From Candidatus Heimdallarchaeota archaeon (GTDB lineage: Archaea > Asgardarchaeota > Heimdallarchaeia > Hodarchaeales > Hodarchaeaceae): a stretch of DNA of 64,000 nucleotides. The translations under genes and the position numbers were made by a program. The stretch covers positions 2,905,231 through 2,969,230 of the forward strand of contig CP070695.1 of the NCBI GenBank assembly GCA_020353515.1, written 5' to 3'. Below the pieces are notes generated by a model. It worked only from the letters and a program-made list of their open reading frames with translations. It searched no databases and was not told where the DNA came from. Of this stretch, positions 51,301 to 63,095 are shown piece by piece (position 1 is the stretch's first letter; every line of letters begins with the position of its first letter).

Positions 51301-51360
51301 ATCAAGTCCTAGATCATCTTCTTCAACAATATGGAGGGGAGCAGAGTTATTCATACTCAT
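48349..51360 (-). CDS. Receiver-like domains plus PPDK/PEP-synthase N-terminal ATP-grasp domain protein
   Basis: REC-like segments (FDLIIT..., VISDVRFP). ATP-grasp motifs GGKGRG, VRSSSLLEDS, FAG, QQVVG, GLGK, IEFA, LQIRP. No His-swivel or PEP barrel. Confidence 0.85.
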   Translation of the reverse strand: MSMNNSAPLHIVEEDDLGLDYKPAYRVFHDLMTKRINKVLLVSSYYDNFILEEDGRLSDQIFEEFHNLNLRTLPSITRVASAKDALKLVNEKEFDLIITMRRLGDVDAFAFGREIKKVRDIPVILLLNNASNIPYLPDPTKRQGIDRIFLWNGDSTVFVAIVKHLEDKLNVAHDTEIGLVRVIIIVEDSIRHYSLFLPLIYSELMKQTHRLISAGINDFYNLLQMRARPKILLACTYEEAMDYYQKYKKYVIGVISDVRFPREGKIDDDAGIRFIKEVKSNDLTLPTALHSRQLENEERAKELGAFFIYKKSRRLLYSLREFMLRHLGFGDFIFQLADGSVVGRAKNILELFQAISVVPNESLIYHGSHDHFSGWLMNRAEFAIAQKIKPVKVTDLTEDELRQFLLESINAILVEKSGGVVHDWDRDSHHPAIRFTRLRPGSLGGKGRGIAFLQFLLNTFLLADDLTQDVDIRIPKTFVIGTSEFDLFMEENTELYDIALSDLPDEDIKKSFLEAKVSKSLVDDLSFILKSLTGPLSVRSSSLLEDSQYQPFAGIFETYFLPNNQDMNTRIELLCDAIKLVYASSFLKKAKSYAESTDQSVEESKMAVVIQQVVGREHPNRLSYPSFSGVASSYNYYPVSYMKPTDRIAFLAVGLGKTIVDGGISLRFCPKYPEISFYSTHDQLLQNSQRDFFAIDLASTATDISEGENSFLVKASIFDTNPEILSEVADTYDYNDQIIRNGYMGEGAPVITFSNQLKFGTFPITKTISRILELGEKAMGCSVEIEFAGNFQHIPKKRPTFYPLQIRPFVEQDELLAEEVISAPKGEILAYSSQISGNRIIKNINDIVFLKPESFNKMKTREMVSEIDQINQNLKNQGIPYILLGFGRWGTFDRFLGIPVKWNHISGAQVIIETGLEDFQVEHSQGSHFFQNITTANIGYFYIKYKSKKDYIEWNWLKSLKNIENETEFVRHIRVESPFLVIIDGRRREGMIVKPGWEYRTQA

Positions 51361-51589
51361 TCACTAGCATTTGATTATTTATACTTTGAAAAAGTTTTGT
51401 GGAATATATACATTTTTCAAATAATAATTAATTCCTCTTGAAATGTATCCAACCTTGAATCATTAGACTTACAAACCCTTTCACTACTTTATTAATTTGA
51501 TATAGGAATTTAACATTCGATACTCTCGGTACCCTCCTTACTATGGCTTAAACTTTGTTTTTCAGTAATGGAGAAACTATACACTTAAT

Positions 51590-53085
<1,496 letters not shown>

Positions 53086-53138
53086 TTATTATTTTTTTGG
53101 AGATTAGATATTATAATATCCTTATTCTCTCTATTTTT

Positions 53139-55061
53139 CTACAATTCAATTGCTTTTGTTTCAATTAATTCTTTAGGAAAACGGAGCTCAAACACATTCC
53201 CTTTTGGATCAGACGACTTGATTTTGAGTACTCCACCATAATATTGCATTATAACTGAAACAAGAGCTATCCCAATATGGTGACCGATAACCTCCCAATC
53301 ATCAGTTATTTGTCCTGAAAGCTGTAATACTACGTCTTGAGTTAATGGTTCAGAGCAATAATCACTAATAAAAACGCTGTAAAAAGAAGGGAAATAAGAT
53401 CCTGTAATTTCGATGGGTGTTTCAGTAATTCTAGGAGCATAAGAGTACAAAATAAATTCCATTAATTCATAAAACACATCATTAAGATGAGTATCAGTAA
53501 AAATTCTGGTATCAAGATTCTTTTCGTTGACATTGATCAAGTGAGTATAATCTGAAAAATCAGAAATCACATCCTTAACGACACCAAGTAGATTTTTGCT
53601 ATCTTTTGGTACAAAAGGAGTCTGGAGAATCTCAAAAATATGATTTACCATGTCAATTGTCTTAGATGAGCCTGAAGCGATAGCAATGACATCGTTCACA
53701 ATATTACTATTTAATTCCAGATTTGATTCATACATTAACAAGACCAATTCAAGATTATTGATTATTTTCTGCATATCATTATTCACAAAATGAGACATCA
53801 TTGCATGGTATCGCTCTTCTTCAAGTTTTACTTGGCGTAATGCCTCTTCAACTTGTTTCCGCTGTGTAATATTACGAGCAATACCCAACATACCTTTGAT
53901 TTCACCCTCCTGTATTTGTGGTGATGCTTTAATCTCTACGGGAACATAATCACCAGTTTTCTTCAGAAGGCGTGCTTCAATTGCAGGAAATCGGGCACGA
54001 TTTAGGATGTTTTCAAAGCCTTCTAATATCAAGGGAAGGTCTTCTTCATGTATTAATGGTAGGAATGGTTTTCCAATCCACTCATCTGGGTGCCAACCTG
54101 TAATAAATTCCATTACAGGGTTAAGAGAGGTTATTTTCCCATCAAATGATATAGAGAATATAATATCCCGAGCATTCTGTATATAACTCCTATATCGCTC
54201 TTCTGACTCACGTAACTTCTGCTCTACGGCTTTACGATCTGAAATATCTGTAAAGACTGATAAAACACCACCAAATTCTCCTTCTTGAGAAAAAATAGGA
54301 GTAGCTGTTATAATTACTGGAATGTGTTGTCCATCTTTTGCTAATAAGCTGGCCTCATAATTCGTGCCGACCCCCTCAGGTCGTTTTGATGTTTCACTTA
54401 TAATCTTGTCAATGTACTCTTGTGGAACGATAAACTCCCAATGCTGACCCAATAACTCTTTTTCTGTATAACCTAGTAATTCAGCTGTTTTAGGATTGAC
54501 AAAAGAGATTTTTCCCTCTGCATCTTCTAAGAGAACTCCCTCTTCTAGTTTCTCGACAAGCATCTGATATTTTTCTTTAGATTTACCTAACTCCTTTTCA
54601 GCTTGTTTATGCTTAGTAACATCGCGTACAATTGCTAGATCAGCTAATCTCCCCTGATATGTGATAAGACCAGCATTTATTTCAACTTCTAACGTTTCAT
54701 TATTTTTTAACAATAATTTTGTTTCATAGATCGTGGGAACATCAATTCCGGAGATACGTTTTTTGTAGCGATCCATGACTTCAGAACGAGAATCAGGATG
54801 AATATAATCAATAAATGGAGAATTATAAAGGTCCTCAAAAGAATAACCAGTTATTTCAATTAAGCTAGAGTTGACATACTTTATCAGCGAATCTTGTAAT
54901 ATGGCAATACCATCGTTTGCTCTGTCAACCACATTACGATACTGTTCTTCTGATTCTCTTAATTTTCGTTCAATTTCTTTAAAATTAGCTAAACTTCGTT
55001 GAATTGCTTTTATCACGTCTTCAGGGATGTCCTCTCTATCCAACAGATCCTCAATTTCCAT
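53139..55061 (-). CDS. 3-PAS sensor with a degenerate HisKA/HATPase
   Basis: Three PAS-PAC repeats; H-box SHFVNND; N and G1 boxes lost (ELMEFIL, DYCSEP). Confidence 0.85.
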   Translation of the reverse strand: MEIEDLLDREDIPEDVIKAIQRSLANFKEIERKLRESEEQYRNVVDRANDGIAILQDSLIKYVNSSLIEITGYSFEDLYNSPFIDYIHPDSRSEVMDRYKKRISGIDVPTIYETKLLLKNNETLEVEINAGLITYQGRLADLAIVRDVTKHKQAEKELGKSKEKYQMLVEKLEEGVLLEDAEGKISFVNPKTAELLGYTEKELLGQHWEFIVPQEYIDKIISETSKRPEGVGTNYEASLLAKDGQHIPVIITATPIFSQEGEFGGVLSVFTDISDRKAVEQKLRESEERYRSYIQNARDIIFSISFDGKITSLNPVMEFITGWHPDEWIGKPFLPLIHEEDLPLILEGFENILNRARFPAIEARLLKKTGDYVPVEIKASPQIQEGEIKGMLGIARNITQRKQVEEALRQVKLEEERYHAMMSHFVNNDMQKIINNLELVLLMYESNLELNSNIVNDVIAIASGSSKTIDMVNHIFEILQTPFVPKDSKNLLGVVKDVISDFSDYTHLINVNEKNLDTRIFTDTHLNDVFYELMEFILYSYAPRITETPIEITGSYFPSFYSVFISDYCSEPLTQDVVLQLSGQITDDWEVIGHHIGIALVSVIMQYYGGVLKIKSSDPKGNVFELRFPKELIETKAIEL

Positions 55062-55293
55062 TAAAGTCCACTACCAATTGTAGGCTGTTTAAAAAGATTG
55101 TGACAATAATGCCTAATAAAGTGATTTAAATTGAAGTAAATTCCTTGAAAAATATGGTTATGTATAGATTATTCTTAGCTAATCACCTTTCCCCCCATTT
55201 TAGCCTCTAAATCATCAGAATCTCTCTTGGTAATATTTTTTTCTAATAAAAAAGGAATAAAATGCCTCAATATACGAACGCTAGCTATAAGAT

Positions 55294-58200
55294 CTATTCC
55301 ACTTGGATTTCGTTCGGAGCTTTGATTAAATCGAGAGGAAGAAGAAGTTGAAACTCATTTCCCTTAGGATCTAAAGATCGTATTTTAATTGATCCTCCAT
55401 AATGTTGCATAATAACAGAGGCAAGAGCAATTCCTATATTATGTCCAATTATTTCCCACTCGTCGGTAATTTTACCTGACAGTTTCGAAACTGTTTCTTC
55501 TGACAATGGTTCAGAACAACAATCGCTAATGAGAACGCAGAAAGATGAAGGGAGGAATGAACCTGTAACTTCAACGCTTGTTTCTTTACTAATACCTTTA
55601 GAGGTTAAAATGAATAAGAATAATTCTTTAAATACATCATTGAGCTTGTCATCACAACTAACTTGAATCTCAAGTGTTTCATTTTCGATGTTGATAGTCT
55701 GAGGATATTCTGATAATTCAGAGATATTTTTATTAATAATATCTAGAAGGGAAGAACTCTCTTCAGGTCGAAAAAAGGGTGACTGAAGAACCCCAAAAAT
55801 TTTATTTACTCTATCAATGGTTTTAGATGAACCAGAAGCGATATTTATGGCATCATTCACGATATTATCATCTAATTCAAGCTTAGATTCATACATCAAT
55901 GTCAGTAACTCTAAATTATTGATGATTTTTTGCATATCATTATTTATGAAATGACTAAGCATTGCATGATAGCGTTCTTCTTCAAGCTTCACTTGTAGGA
56001 GTGCCTTTTCTGCTCTTTTACGTTCAGTAATATCACGTACAATACCTTGAATAACGGGTTTCCCGCTAATTTCGAAGAGGCTTGAAGAAACTTCTGCGGG
56101 AAATACCTCCCCAGTCTTTTTCTTGAATTCAATCTCAAAATTTACATAACCTTCTTTTGAGACGGTTTCAAAGGCTTCCTTTGATGTTGTAAGCATACCA
56201 AAGGGATGGAGCTCTGATATGTTGATTAAAAGAATCTCTGGTTTTGAATATCCAAAAAGTTCTAACGTTTTCTTATTGACATCAATGATATTACCTTCTA
56301 AATCATGTAAGAAGATCGAATCATTAGAATAATGGAAAAGATCACTATACTTCTCCTCGCTTTGCTGTAATTCTCTTTCAACACGCTTCTGTTCTGTTAT
56401 ATCGGTAGATAATACAAGAACTCCTTGAAATTCGCCAGTTATTGAAAAAATTGGTGCAGCAGAAACAATTACAGGAATAATTGTTCCATCTTTAGCTATT
56501 ACATTACTTTCATAGGTGCCGCTAACACCTTTAGGACGTTTTGCAGTTTCAAAACGGGATGCTTCAAGATCATTTTCAGGAACTATAAAACTCCAGTGTT
56601 TGCCAATAAGCTCTTCTTCAGTATAACCTAATGTTTCCAGTGTTTTAGGATTAACAAAAGTAATAAATCCATCTGGATCTTCTACAGTAAGTCCCTCTTC
56701 TAATTTTTCAATAAGCTTTTGATATTTCTCTCTTTCCTCACCTAAGGCTTTCTCCATCTCGATTCTTTCAGTAACATCACGAACAATTCCACGAAATCCG
56801 ATAATTTTTCCAGCAGGATTCCGTATCGGGGACACAGAGGACTCACTAATTCCTTTAACTCCATTTTTTCTTATAAATCCGAAATCAAGAACTTTAGTGG
56901 GCTCTCCTGTTCGATAAACAGTATTATACGTTCGATAGACCTTTTTAGCTGTCTCCTCATCCATATAGTTACGGTAGTTCATTCCTAACAATTCAGTACG
57001 GGAGTAACCTAAGATATTGCAAATTGAGTCGTTAAAGAACGTGAAATTCCCAGCAATATCTACTTCATAATACCCTTCCTCAATCGTTTCTAAGATAGTT
57101 CGGTATTTCTCTGCACTCTCTTCGAGTTGTTTCTCGTACAGCTTTCGTTCAGTGATATCTGTAAAAACAGTTAAAACACCATCGAACTTCCCAGTGACAG
57201 AATAGATAGGAGCAGCTGTTATAATGACAGGGATTTCATGACCATCTTTTGCTCGAAGACCTGCTTCATAAGTACTACTGATCCCTTTTGGACGTTTAGC
57301 AGTCTCTTCCTTGATTTTATTGCCATATTCTTCTGGCACAATGTAACTCCAATGCTTCCCTAATAATTCTTCTTCAGTGTAACCTATCAATTCTGCTGTT
57401 CTTGGGTTTAGAAAAGAAATTTTGCCTTCCACATCTTCTAGGAGAACTCCTTCCTGTAATTTTTCTACAAGCATTTTGTATTTTTCTTTTGATTCTCTTA
57501 AAGCTAGTTCTGCTTGTTTACGTTCAGTAATGTCAATTAAAGTGACTAAGTTAGCAGTTTCACCCATGTAAATGATGGATTTAGAGTAGTTATCAACCCA
57601 TTTTACCTTATTAGATTTAGTAATTAATCTATAAGAATAGTTTGTTACAATATCTTTATCTCCTAATTGCTTTTTCCGTCCCTGTTCCATTACAAACATC
57701 TTATCTTCAGGGTATATAACCTTAGCAGACTCTCCTGGTTCCCAATTAAGTATTTCTTCAATTGAATATTCAAAAATATCCGCTAATGCTTGGTTAGCAT
57801 ATTTTAATACATCATCCTGAAGAATTCCTATTCCAATCAAAGTGCGTTCTGAAATGACCCTAAACTTCTGTTCACTCTCTTTCAGGGCCTCCTCTACCAT
57901 TTTACGATCGGTTATGTCAATCATAGAAGCAAAAAAGCTATGAGGTTCACCAGATTCAGATTTAATCAAGCTAATGGATATTTCAATCGGAAAAAGTGTC
58001 CCATCTCTCTTTTTGGCAAGTAAGTCACCCATCCAACTACCTTCTCTAAGTAAAATTTCCCTTGTATCAAAGAAAATCTCAGACTTGGAAGTAAAATCAG
58101 TCATCGGTTTTCCAAGGACTTCCGATTTATCTTCGAACCCATACATGTCTAAGAAAGAAGAATTGACATAAGTCAATCTTCCATCCAAGTCAGAAATATT

Positions 58201-59853
58201 GATAGCACTAATAGATGAATCGATCGCATTACTTTTTGCTCTAATTTCCATGTCAGCTATCTTACGCTCTGTTATGTCTCTTACAATGCTGATAAAAGCA
58301 AATGGATCTCCATTTACATCAGTTATCATCGCTGCGCTCAATTCTGCTGGATAAAAAGTTCCATCTAATCTCATTAATCTATATTCAATGTTTGATACCG
58401 TTTCTCCCTGTAAAGTTTTTTGAGCGTAAGCAATAGCAATTTCCTGGTCTTCAGGTGCAATTAAATCAACAGCATTTTTTCCAATTAGTTCTTCAGCAAT
58501 ATTTGCACCACTTACCTTAATTGCTTGCTTGTTGACTGCTATTATATTGAAATTAAGATCAGTTAGAGTTATAGCATCAGGAGAAAGTTCAATTAACCTC
58601 CGATAACGCTCCTCACTTTCCCTTAAAGCTTGTTCGGCTTGGATTCGCTCAGTAATATCGCGTACAATACCTCTAAATCCAAGAATCTTACCACTGGAAT
58701 CAACTAGTAGAGATACAGATGCTTCGATATTCCTTTTTTTTCCATCTTTTCTGATAATCTCCCAATTAAATCCTCTTTTGGGCTCTTGTGAATTATAAAC
58801 TGCATTAAAAGTCTTGAATACAACCGTAGCGGTTTGTTCGTCACAGAATCGCTTATAACTCGAATTCATAATTTCTTGTCGCGCATATCCGAAAATTGTA
58901 CATAGTGAATCATTGAAGAAAATAAATTCTCCTGCTAAATTTACTTCGTAATAACCGTCTTCTATGTTTTCAAGAATAGTCCTGTATTTTTCTTCACTTT
59001 CCCTTAATACTTGTTCCACTTGTTTCCGTTCACTAATGTCACGGATGATCGCGAGATCAGCTGGCTTACCCTGATAATTGATTATACCAGCATTTACCTC
59101 AATCTCCAATAATCTGTCATTTTTTAGTACTAATTTTGTTTCATATATCGGGGAGACACTCTCACCAGCCATACGTCCCTCATAACGATTGATAACTTCA
59201 TGAACTAAGTCCGGATGAATATAATTCATAATAGGAGTATTATAGAGTTCTTCTGCTGTATAACCAGTTATTCGGGCTAAACTAGGGTTAATATACTTTA
59301 TTAATGAATCCTGAACTATCGCTATGCCATCATTTGCTCGTTCAACTAAATTACGATATTTTTCTTCGGATTCCTGTAATTTTATCATTGCTTTTTTCGA
59401 TTCGGTAACATTTTTTATAACAGTTACAACACGGGAGACAGTCCCCTCAACAATAATCGGGATCTTCCGTGTTTCAATAATGAATTCATCATCCCTAATC
59501 TTAGTGTGTTCTTCAGTAATCAAAGGTTTTCCAGTACTAAATACTTGGTTATATTCATCAATAATCCTATCTGAGAGGAAGGGAAATACTTCGGTAATTT
59601 TTTGACCAATTACATCTTCTTTAAGGCCTAGTTCTTTGTTCCATTGCTTAAATGTAGAGTTGAATAGGATGAATCGTAAATCAGAACCAACAACATGGAT
59701 GGCATCACCCATTGAATCAAGTGTCTGACGTAAATGCAGTCCTATTTCCTCTTGAGATGTCTTTATCTCCTTTTGTTCAGCTAAATATCTCTTTATCACT
59801 TCTTTTACATCTGTAGGAACATCTGGCCTATCAAGTAAGGTTTCTAATTCCAT
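55294..59853 (-). CDS. 10-PAS sensor with a degenerate HisKA/HATPase (paralog of 53139-55061)
   Basis: Ten PAS-PAC repeats ending in D(I/V)TE(R)K-like motifs; SHFINND; ELFLFIL; DCCSEP; GHNIGIAL. Confidence 0.88.
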   Translation of the reverse strand: MELETLLDRPDVPTDVKEVIKRYLAEQKEIKTSQEEIGLHLRQTLDSMGDAIHVVGSDLRFILFNSTFKQWNKELGLKEDVIGQKITEVFPFLSDRIIDEYNQVFSTGKPLITEEHTKIRDDEFIIETRKIPIIVEGTVSRVVTVIKNVTESKKAMIKLQESEEKYRNLVERANDGIAIVQDSLIKYINPSLARITGYTAEELYNTPIMNYIHPDLVHEVINRYEGRMAGESVSPIYETKLVLKNDRLLEIEVNAGIINYQGKPADLAIIRDISERKQVEQVLRESEEKYRTILENIEDGYYEVNLAGEFIFFNDSLCTIFGYARQEIMNSSYKRFCDEQTATVVFKTFNAVYNSQEPKRGFNWEIIRKDGKKRNIEASVSLLVDSSGKILGFRGIVRDITERIQAEQALRESEERYRRLIELSPDAITLTDLNFNIIAVNKQAIKVSGANIAEELIGKNAVDLIAPEDQEIAIAYAQKTLQGETVSNIEYRLMRLDGTFYPAELSAAMITDVNGDPFAFISIVRDITERKIADMEIRAKSNAIDSSISAINISDLDGRLTYVNSSFLDMYGFEDKSEVLGKPMTDFTSKSEIFFDTREILLREGSWMGDLLAKKRDGTLFPIEISISLIKSESGEPHSFFASMIDITDRKMVEEALKESEQKFRVISERTLIGIGILQDDVLKYANQALADIFEYSIEEILNWEPGESAKVIYPEDKMFVMEQGRKKQLGDKDIVTNYSYRLITKSNKVKWVDNYSKSIIYMGETANLVTLIDITERKQAELALRESKEKYKMLVEKLQEGVLLEDVEGKISFLNPRTAELIGYTEEELLGKHWSYIVPEEYGNKIKEETAKRPKGISSTYEAGLRAKDGHEIPVIITAAPIYSVTGKFDGVLTVFTDITERKLYEKQLEESAEKYRTILETIEEGYYEVDIAGNFTFFNDSICNILGYSRTELLGMNYRNYMDEETAKKVYRTYNTVYRTGEPTKVLDFGFIRKNGVKGISESSVSPIRNPAGKIIGFRGIVRDVTERIEMEKALGEEREKYQKLIEKLEEGLTVEDPDGFITFVNPKTLETLGYTEEELIGKHWSFIVPENDLEASRFETAKRPKGVSGTYESNVIAKDGTIIPVIVSAAPIFSITGEFQGVLVLSTDITEQKRVERELQQSEEKYSDLFHYSNDSIFLHDLEGNIIDVNKKTLELFGYSKPEILLINISELHPFGMLTTSKEAFETVSKEGYVNFEIEFKKKTGEVFPAEVSSSLFEISGKPVIQGIVRDITERKRAEKALLQVKLEEERYHAMLSHFINNDMQKIINNLELLTLMYESKLELDDNIVNDAINIASGSSKTIDRVNKIFGVLQSPFFRPEESSSLLDIINKNISELSEYPQTINIENETLEIQVSCDDKLNDVFKELFLFILTSKGISKETSVEVTGSFLPSSFCVLISDCCSEPLSEETVSKLSGKITDEWEIIGHNIGIALASVIMQHYGGSIKIRSLDPKGNEFQLLLPLDLIKAPNEIQVE

Positions 59854-60102
59854 TTCAATTCACTGAAAGTGGAGTTTTTCCACATTTAGTATTTATTATT
59901 AGATGTTTATTATATGGTTTTTCAATCAGAAATGTTCTTTGAGTTCAAGCTAATATTAGAGGAGCAGCTTAAATTGCTTCCGTTGCTTTCAGATAAGGAC
60001 AATCCAAACTGTATATATTACTTACTAATTTTCAATACTTATCTGAATCTTATCAAACGTAAAACAGAGTTTTCAAGAAATTATTAATGATAAATTTAAT
60101 CC

Positions 60103-60810
60103 TTACTTGAGATATAAAATATCTAGTAAGGATAGAATAGCTTCATTAACCATTACAGCTGCAAAACCAAGTAAAATAATAGCTGTTCCTCTTTGTACCC
60201 AAACAAACAGCTTTGGATTAGGTAACCTCCCTATCACCGCTAGTAACGTTGTAAAAAACACCTGCCATATTAATACTCCTGATAAAAACATCATAACAAT
60301 TCCTAATCGAAAGAGGGGATTAGGTACGTTAAGATCGCTAAATAAGATTAAAGTTCCCATAGATACCCACCAAAGATACGACCATGGGGAGGTGACGACT
60401 ATTGAAAACCCAGTTATATATTGTTTAACCAACCGTGAATAGTCTGAACGTAAGGTTTCATTTTGATCATTCAGGCGATCCTCAAGAGAAATTTGTTTAG
60501 CAATTAGTGCTGAAATCCCTAAAAAACCCAGGATTATTATGTTCACAGTAAATAGTAAAAATTTGATAATTGGATTTAAAAAGACATCTGTTAATATTTC
60601 TCCGCCTATTGTTAATGCTGAAAAGGCAACAACGAAATCTCCCGTCATTGCACCTATTCCTGTAATTATAGCTGACCCCCAAGCAAGTTTCTCACTGACA
60701 GCTTTATCTAACGCTTGTTTAATCACTTCCGCATTTATTGGTCCAAGGGGAGCTGCTAGTGTAAATCCTAAAAACGCAACAAAGATCCATATGTTTATTA
60801 CATCATCCAA
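60103..60810 (-). CDS. LysE-family translocator
   Basis: LAAPLGPINA, GAMTGD, TSPWSYLWW; about 6 TM helices. Confidence 0.88.
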   Translation of the reverse strand: MDDVINIWIFVAFLGFTLAAPLGPINAEVIKQALDKAVSEKLAWGSAIITGIGAMTGDFVVAFSALTIGGEILTDVFLNPIIKFLLFTVNIIILGFLGISALIAKQISLEDRLNDQNETLRSDYSRLVKQYITGFSIVVTSPWSYLWWVSMGTLILFSDLNVPNPLFRLGIVMMFLSGVLIWQVFFTTLLAVIGRLPNPKLFVWVQRGTAIILLGFAAVMVNEAILSLLDILYLK

Positions 60811-61009
60811 TTCAGAATTTACCTCTTGTTTGTTTTAGATAGAGAATAAAAACATTTGTACTTTTATTTTTCCCGATTTAAGCGCTGATTTCTATTACAT
60901 TAACGAGCTTTGTGATTTGAACATTACCAGAGAAAATAAGAATTGAATAATTTGAATGCTTCCTTGTTATTCGTACTATATCTAGTAACGAATAGCAGGT
61001 GTTATATGA

Positions 61010-62380
61010 ATGTCGGATGGCCCAAACATTGTTATTATAGGGGCAGGTAGTGCCAGTTTTGGTTTAGAAAACTTGGGAGGAATTATGCAGCATGAAGCCT
61101 TGAAAGGATCCACTTTAGCTCTTGTTGACATAAATGAAGGGAATTTAGAACTAGTTACTGCTTTAGCACATTGTATGAATGAAGAATGGAATTCAAATAT
61201 GCTTATCTCTTCAACCACTGATCGAAAGAAAGTTCTACCTGACGCTGATTTTGTTATCCTTTCAGTCGCAGTGGATAGGGAAAAAACTTGGATAAAAGAT
61301 CATGAAATTGGATTAAAACATGGGATCTGGCATTATGCTGAAAATGGTGGACCAGGAAGTTTTAGTCACACCGCACGAGGGCTAGCTTTTATTATGCCAA
61401 TTCTATATGACATTCATGATTTAGCACCGGACTCATGGTTAATTAACTTCACAAATCCAGTCCCACGGATTCAATATGCTGCGAATTATGCCAATCTCAA
61501 ATGTGTTAGCTATTGTCATCAACTCTGGCATGGGTATTCTATTGTCGGCCGGATATTAGCTGGAGATCTGGGAATTACTGAACATCTTGATTGGATATAT
61601 GAGTGGACTGATGAAAGTTCTGAAAAACAAGGATTATTCACTGTTAAAGCAGTTTTGGAGTATGAAATTCTTGCAGCAGGATTAAATCATTTTTCTTGGA
61701 TGACTGATATTAGACGCAAGGACACTGGGGAAGATCTATATCCTTTAATTAAGAATGAAGTTCTTAAACTTCCTTCCAACTTCGAACCTCTCACTCAAGA
61801 TGTTTTTAAAACGTTTGGTCTTCTTCCTATTCCTGGAGATTGTCATTTATGCGAATATCTTCCCTTTACTTATACACAAGAAAATTGGTCGCATTATAAT
61901 ATTGCCCTTTACGATTTCAAACGAGCTGAAATAAAAAGAGATCAAATGTGGAAACAAATTCGAGAAATGGCAAGTGGAAAAAGATCTCTTGCTTATTTAA
62001 TATCAAATCCGTTCGATCGGGGTGAAGAGATCATAACAGGGATATATTCTAATGCGAACTCATATGAACCAGCCCTGAATATTACTAATAATGGTACTAT
62101 TGATAATTTACCTAATGATGCAGTTGTTGAAGTACCTGTTATCCTTAATAGAAAAGATGTCTCAGGTTTGCGAATGGGACCATTACCAGAAGGAATAGCT
62201 GCATTATGTCAACAGGAAATATCAATTGCCAAACTAATAACGAAAGCCTCTATAGAAGGAGACCGAGAAGCTGCTCTTCAAGCATTTGTTTTGATGGTCG
62301 ATGATTTCAGATTGGCTGAAAATTTGCTTGAAGATTACATCCAAACCCATAAGAAATATCTCCCTCAATTTTATACTTAA
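61010..62380 (+). CDS. Glycoside hydrolase family 4 (NAD-dependent alpha-galactosidase/glucosidase)
   Basis: IGAGSASF, ENGGPGS, NFTNP, YCH, GLNHF, VEVP. Confidence 0.92.
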   Translation: MSDGPNIVIIGAGSASFGLENLGGIMQHEALKGSTLALVDINEGNLELVTALAHCMNEEWNSNMLISSTTDRKKVLPDADFVILSVAVDREKTWIKDHEIGLKHGIWHYAENGGPGSFSHTARGLAFIMPILYDIHDLAPDSWLINFTNPVPRIQYAANYANLKCVSYCHQLWHGYSIVGRILAGDLGITEHLDWIYEWTDESSEKQGLFTVKAVLEYEILAAGLNHFSWMTDIRRKDTGEDLYPLIKNEVLKLPSNFEPLTQDVFKTFGLLPIPGDCHLCEYLPFTYTQENWSHYNIALYDFKRAEIKRDQMWKQIREMASGKRSLAYLISNPFDRGEEIITGIYSNANSYEPALNITNNGTIDNLPNDAVVEVPVILNRKDVSGLRMGPLPEGIAALCQQEISIAKLITKASIEGDREAALQAFVLMVDDFRLAENLLEDYIQTHKKYLPQFYT

Positions 62381-62439
62381 GGTTCAGCAATGCTTTTTAC
62401 TTCTGTTCATTGAATCACATTACGATTTGGAGCTATTAC

Positions 62440-63093
62440 ATGAATAAAGAATTAAAATTACTAATTTTCGATTTAGATGATACCTTACTTCATTCAAATA
62501 TTAAATATTCGAAGATTCGACTCCAAATTGCGAACCTTTTTCCAAATCACCTTTCAAAGGAAATCATATCTAAAACACCAATTCTCGAATTATTAAAGAA
62601 ATTAGAGCATTTAAACTCTGATAAATTTGCTGAAGGTTATCGGATAGTTGATGAAGCTGAAAAAGAAGCAACTCAAACTGCAACTGTAATATCAGGAGCT
62701 GAAAAGATCCCTGAAATGCTAAAGAAATACGCCCTAGATTCAGTAATATATACAAATAACTCTAAACGAACCATTGAACTCTATTTAGCTAATCCGACTT
62801 TCAAATTCCTTAAGAAATTTTATATTTTAACTAGAGACGATGTTAACCATCCCAAACCTGATCCTGAGGGACTATTATCCATAATAAAAGAATTTCGGGA
62901 TAAACAGATCACAGAAGATAATACAATATACATAGGTGATTCATATATTGATGCAATAGCCGCAGACAAAGCAAATATCAGATTTATTTGGTTCAATTCA
63001 CGAAAAATAGATCAAACCCTATTTCCAAGTTCTCCGTATGCCATTTTAACTGAGTGGTCTGATTTTGAGGCAATTCTAAAAGGTCTGTGTTAA
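62440..63093 (+). CDS. HAD-superfamily phosphatase
   Basis: FDLDDTL, YTNN, KPDP, IGDSYID; ATG at 62440. Confidence 0.9.
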   Translation: MNKELKLLIFDLDDTLLHSNIKYSKIRLQIANLFPNHLSKEIISKTPILELLKKLEHLNSDKFAEGYRIVDEAEKEATQTATVISGAEKIPEMLKKYALDSVIYTNNSKRTIELYLANPTFKFLKKFYILTRDDVNHPKPDPEGLLSIIKEFRDKQITEDNTIYIGDSYIDAIAADKANIRFIWFNSRKIDQTLFPSSPYAILTEWSDFEAILKGLC

Positions 63094-63095
63094 CA

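Noticed and set aside
48349-51360. Annotation as PEP synthase / PPDK
   Set aside because: Lacks the phospho-His swivel and the PEP/pyruvate-binding barrel.
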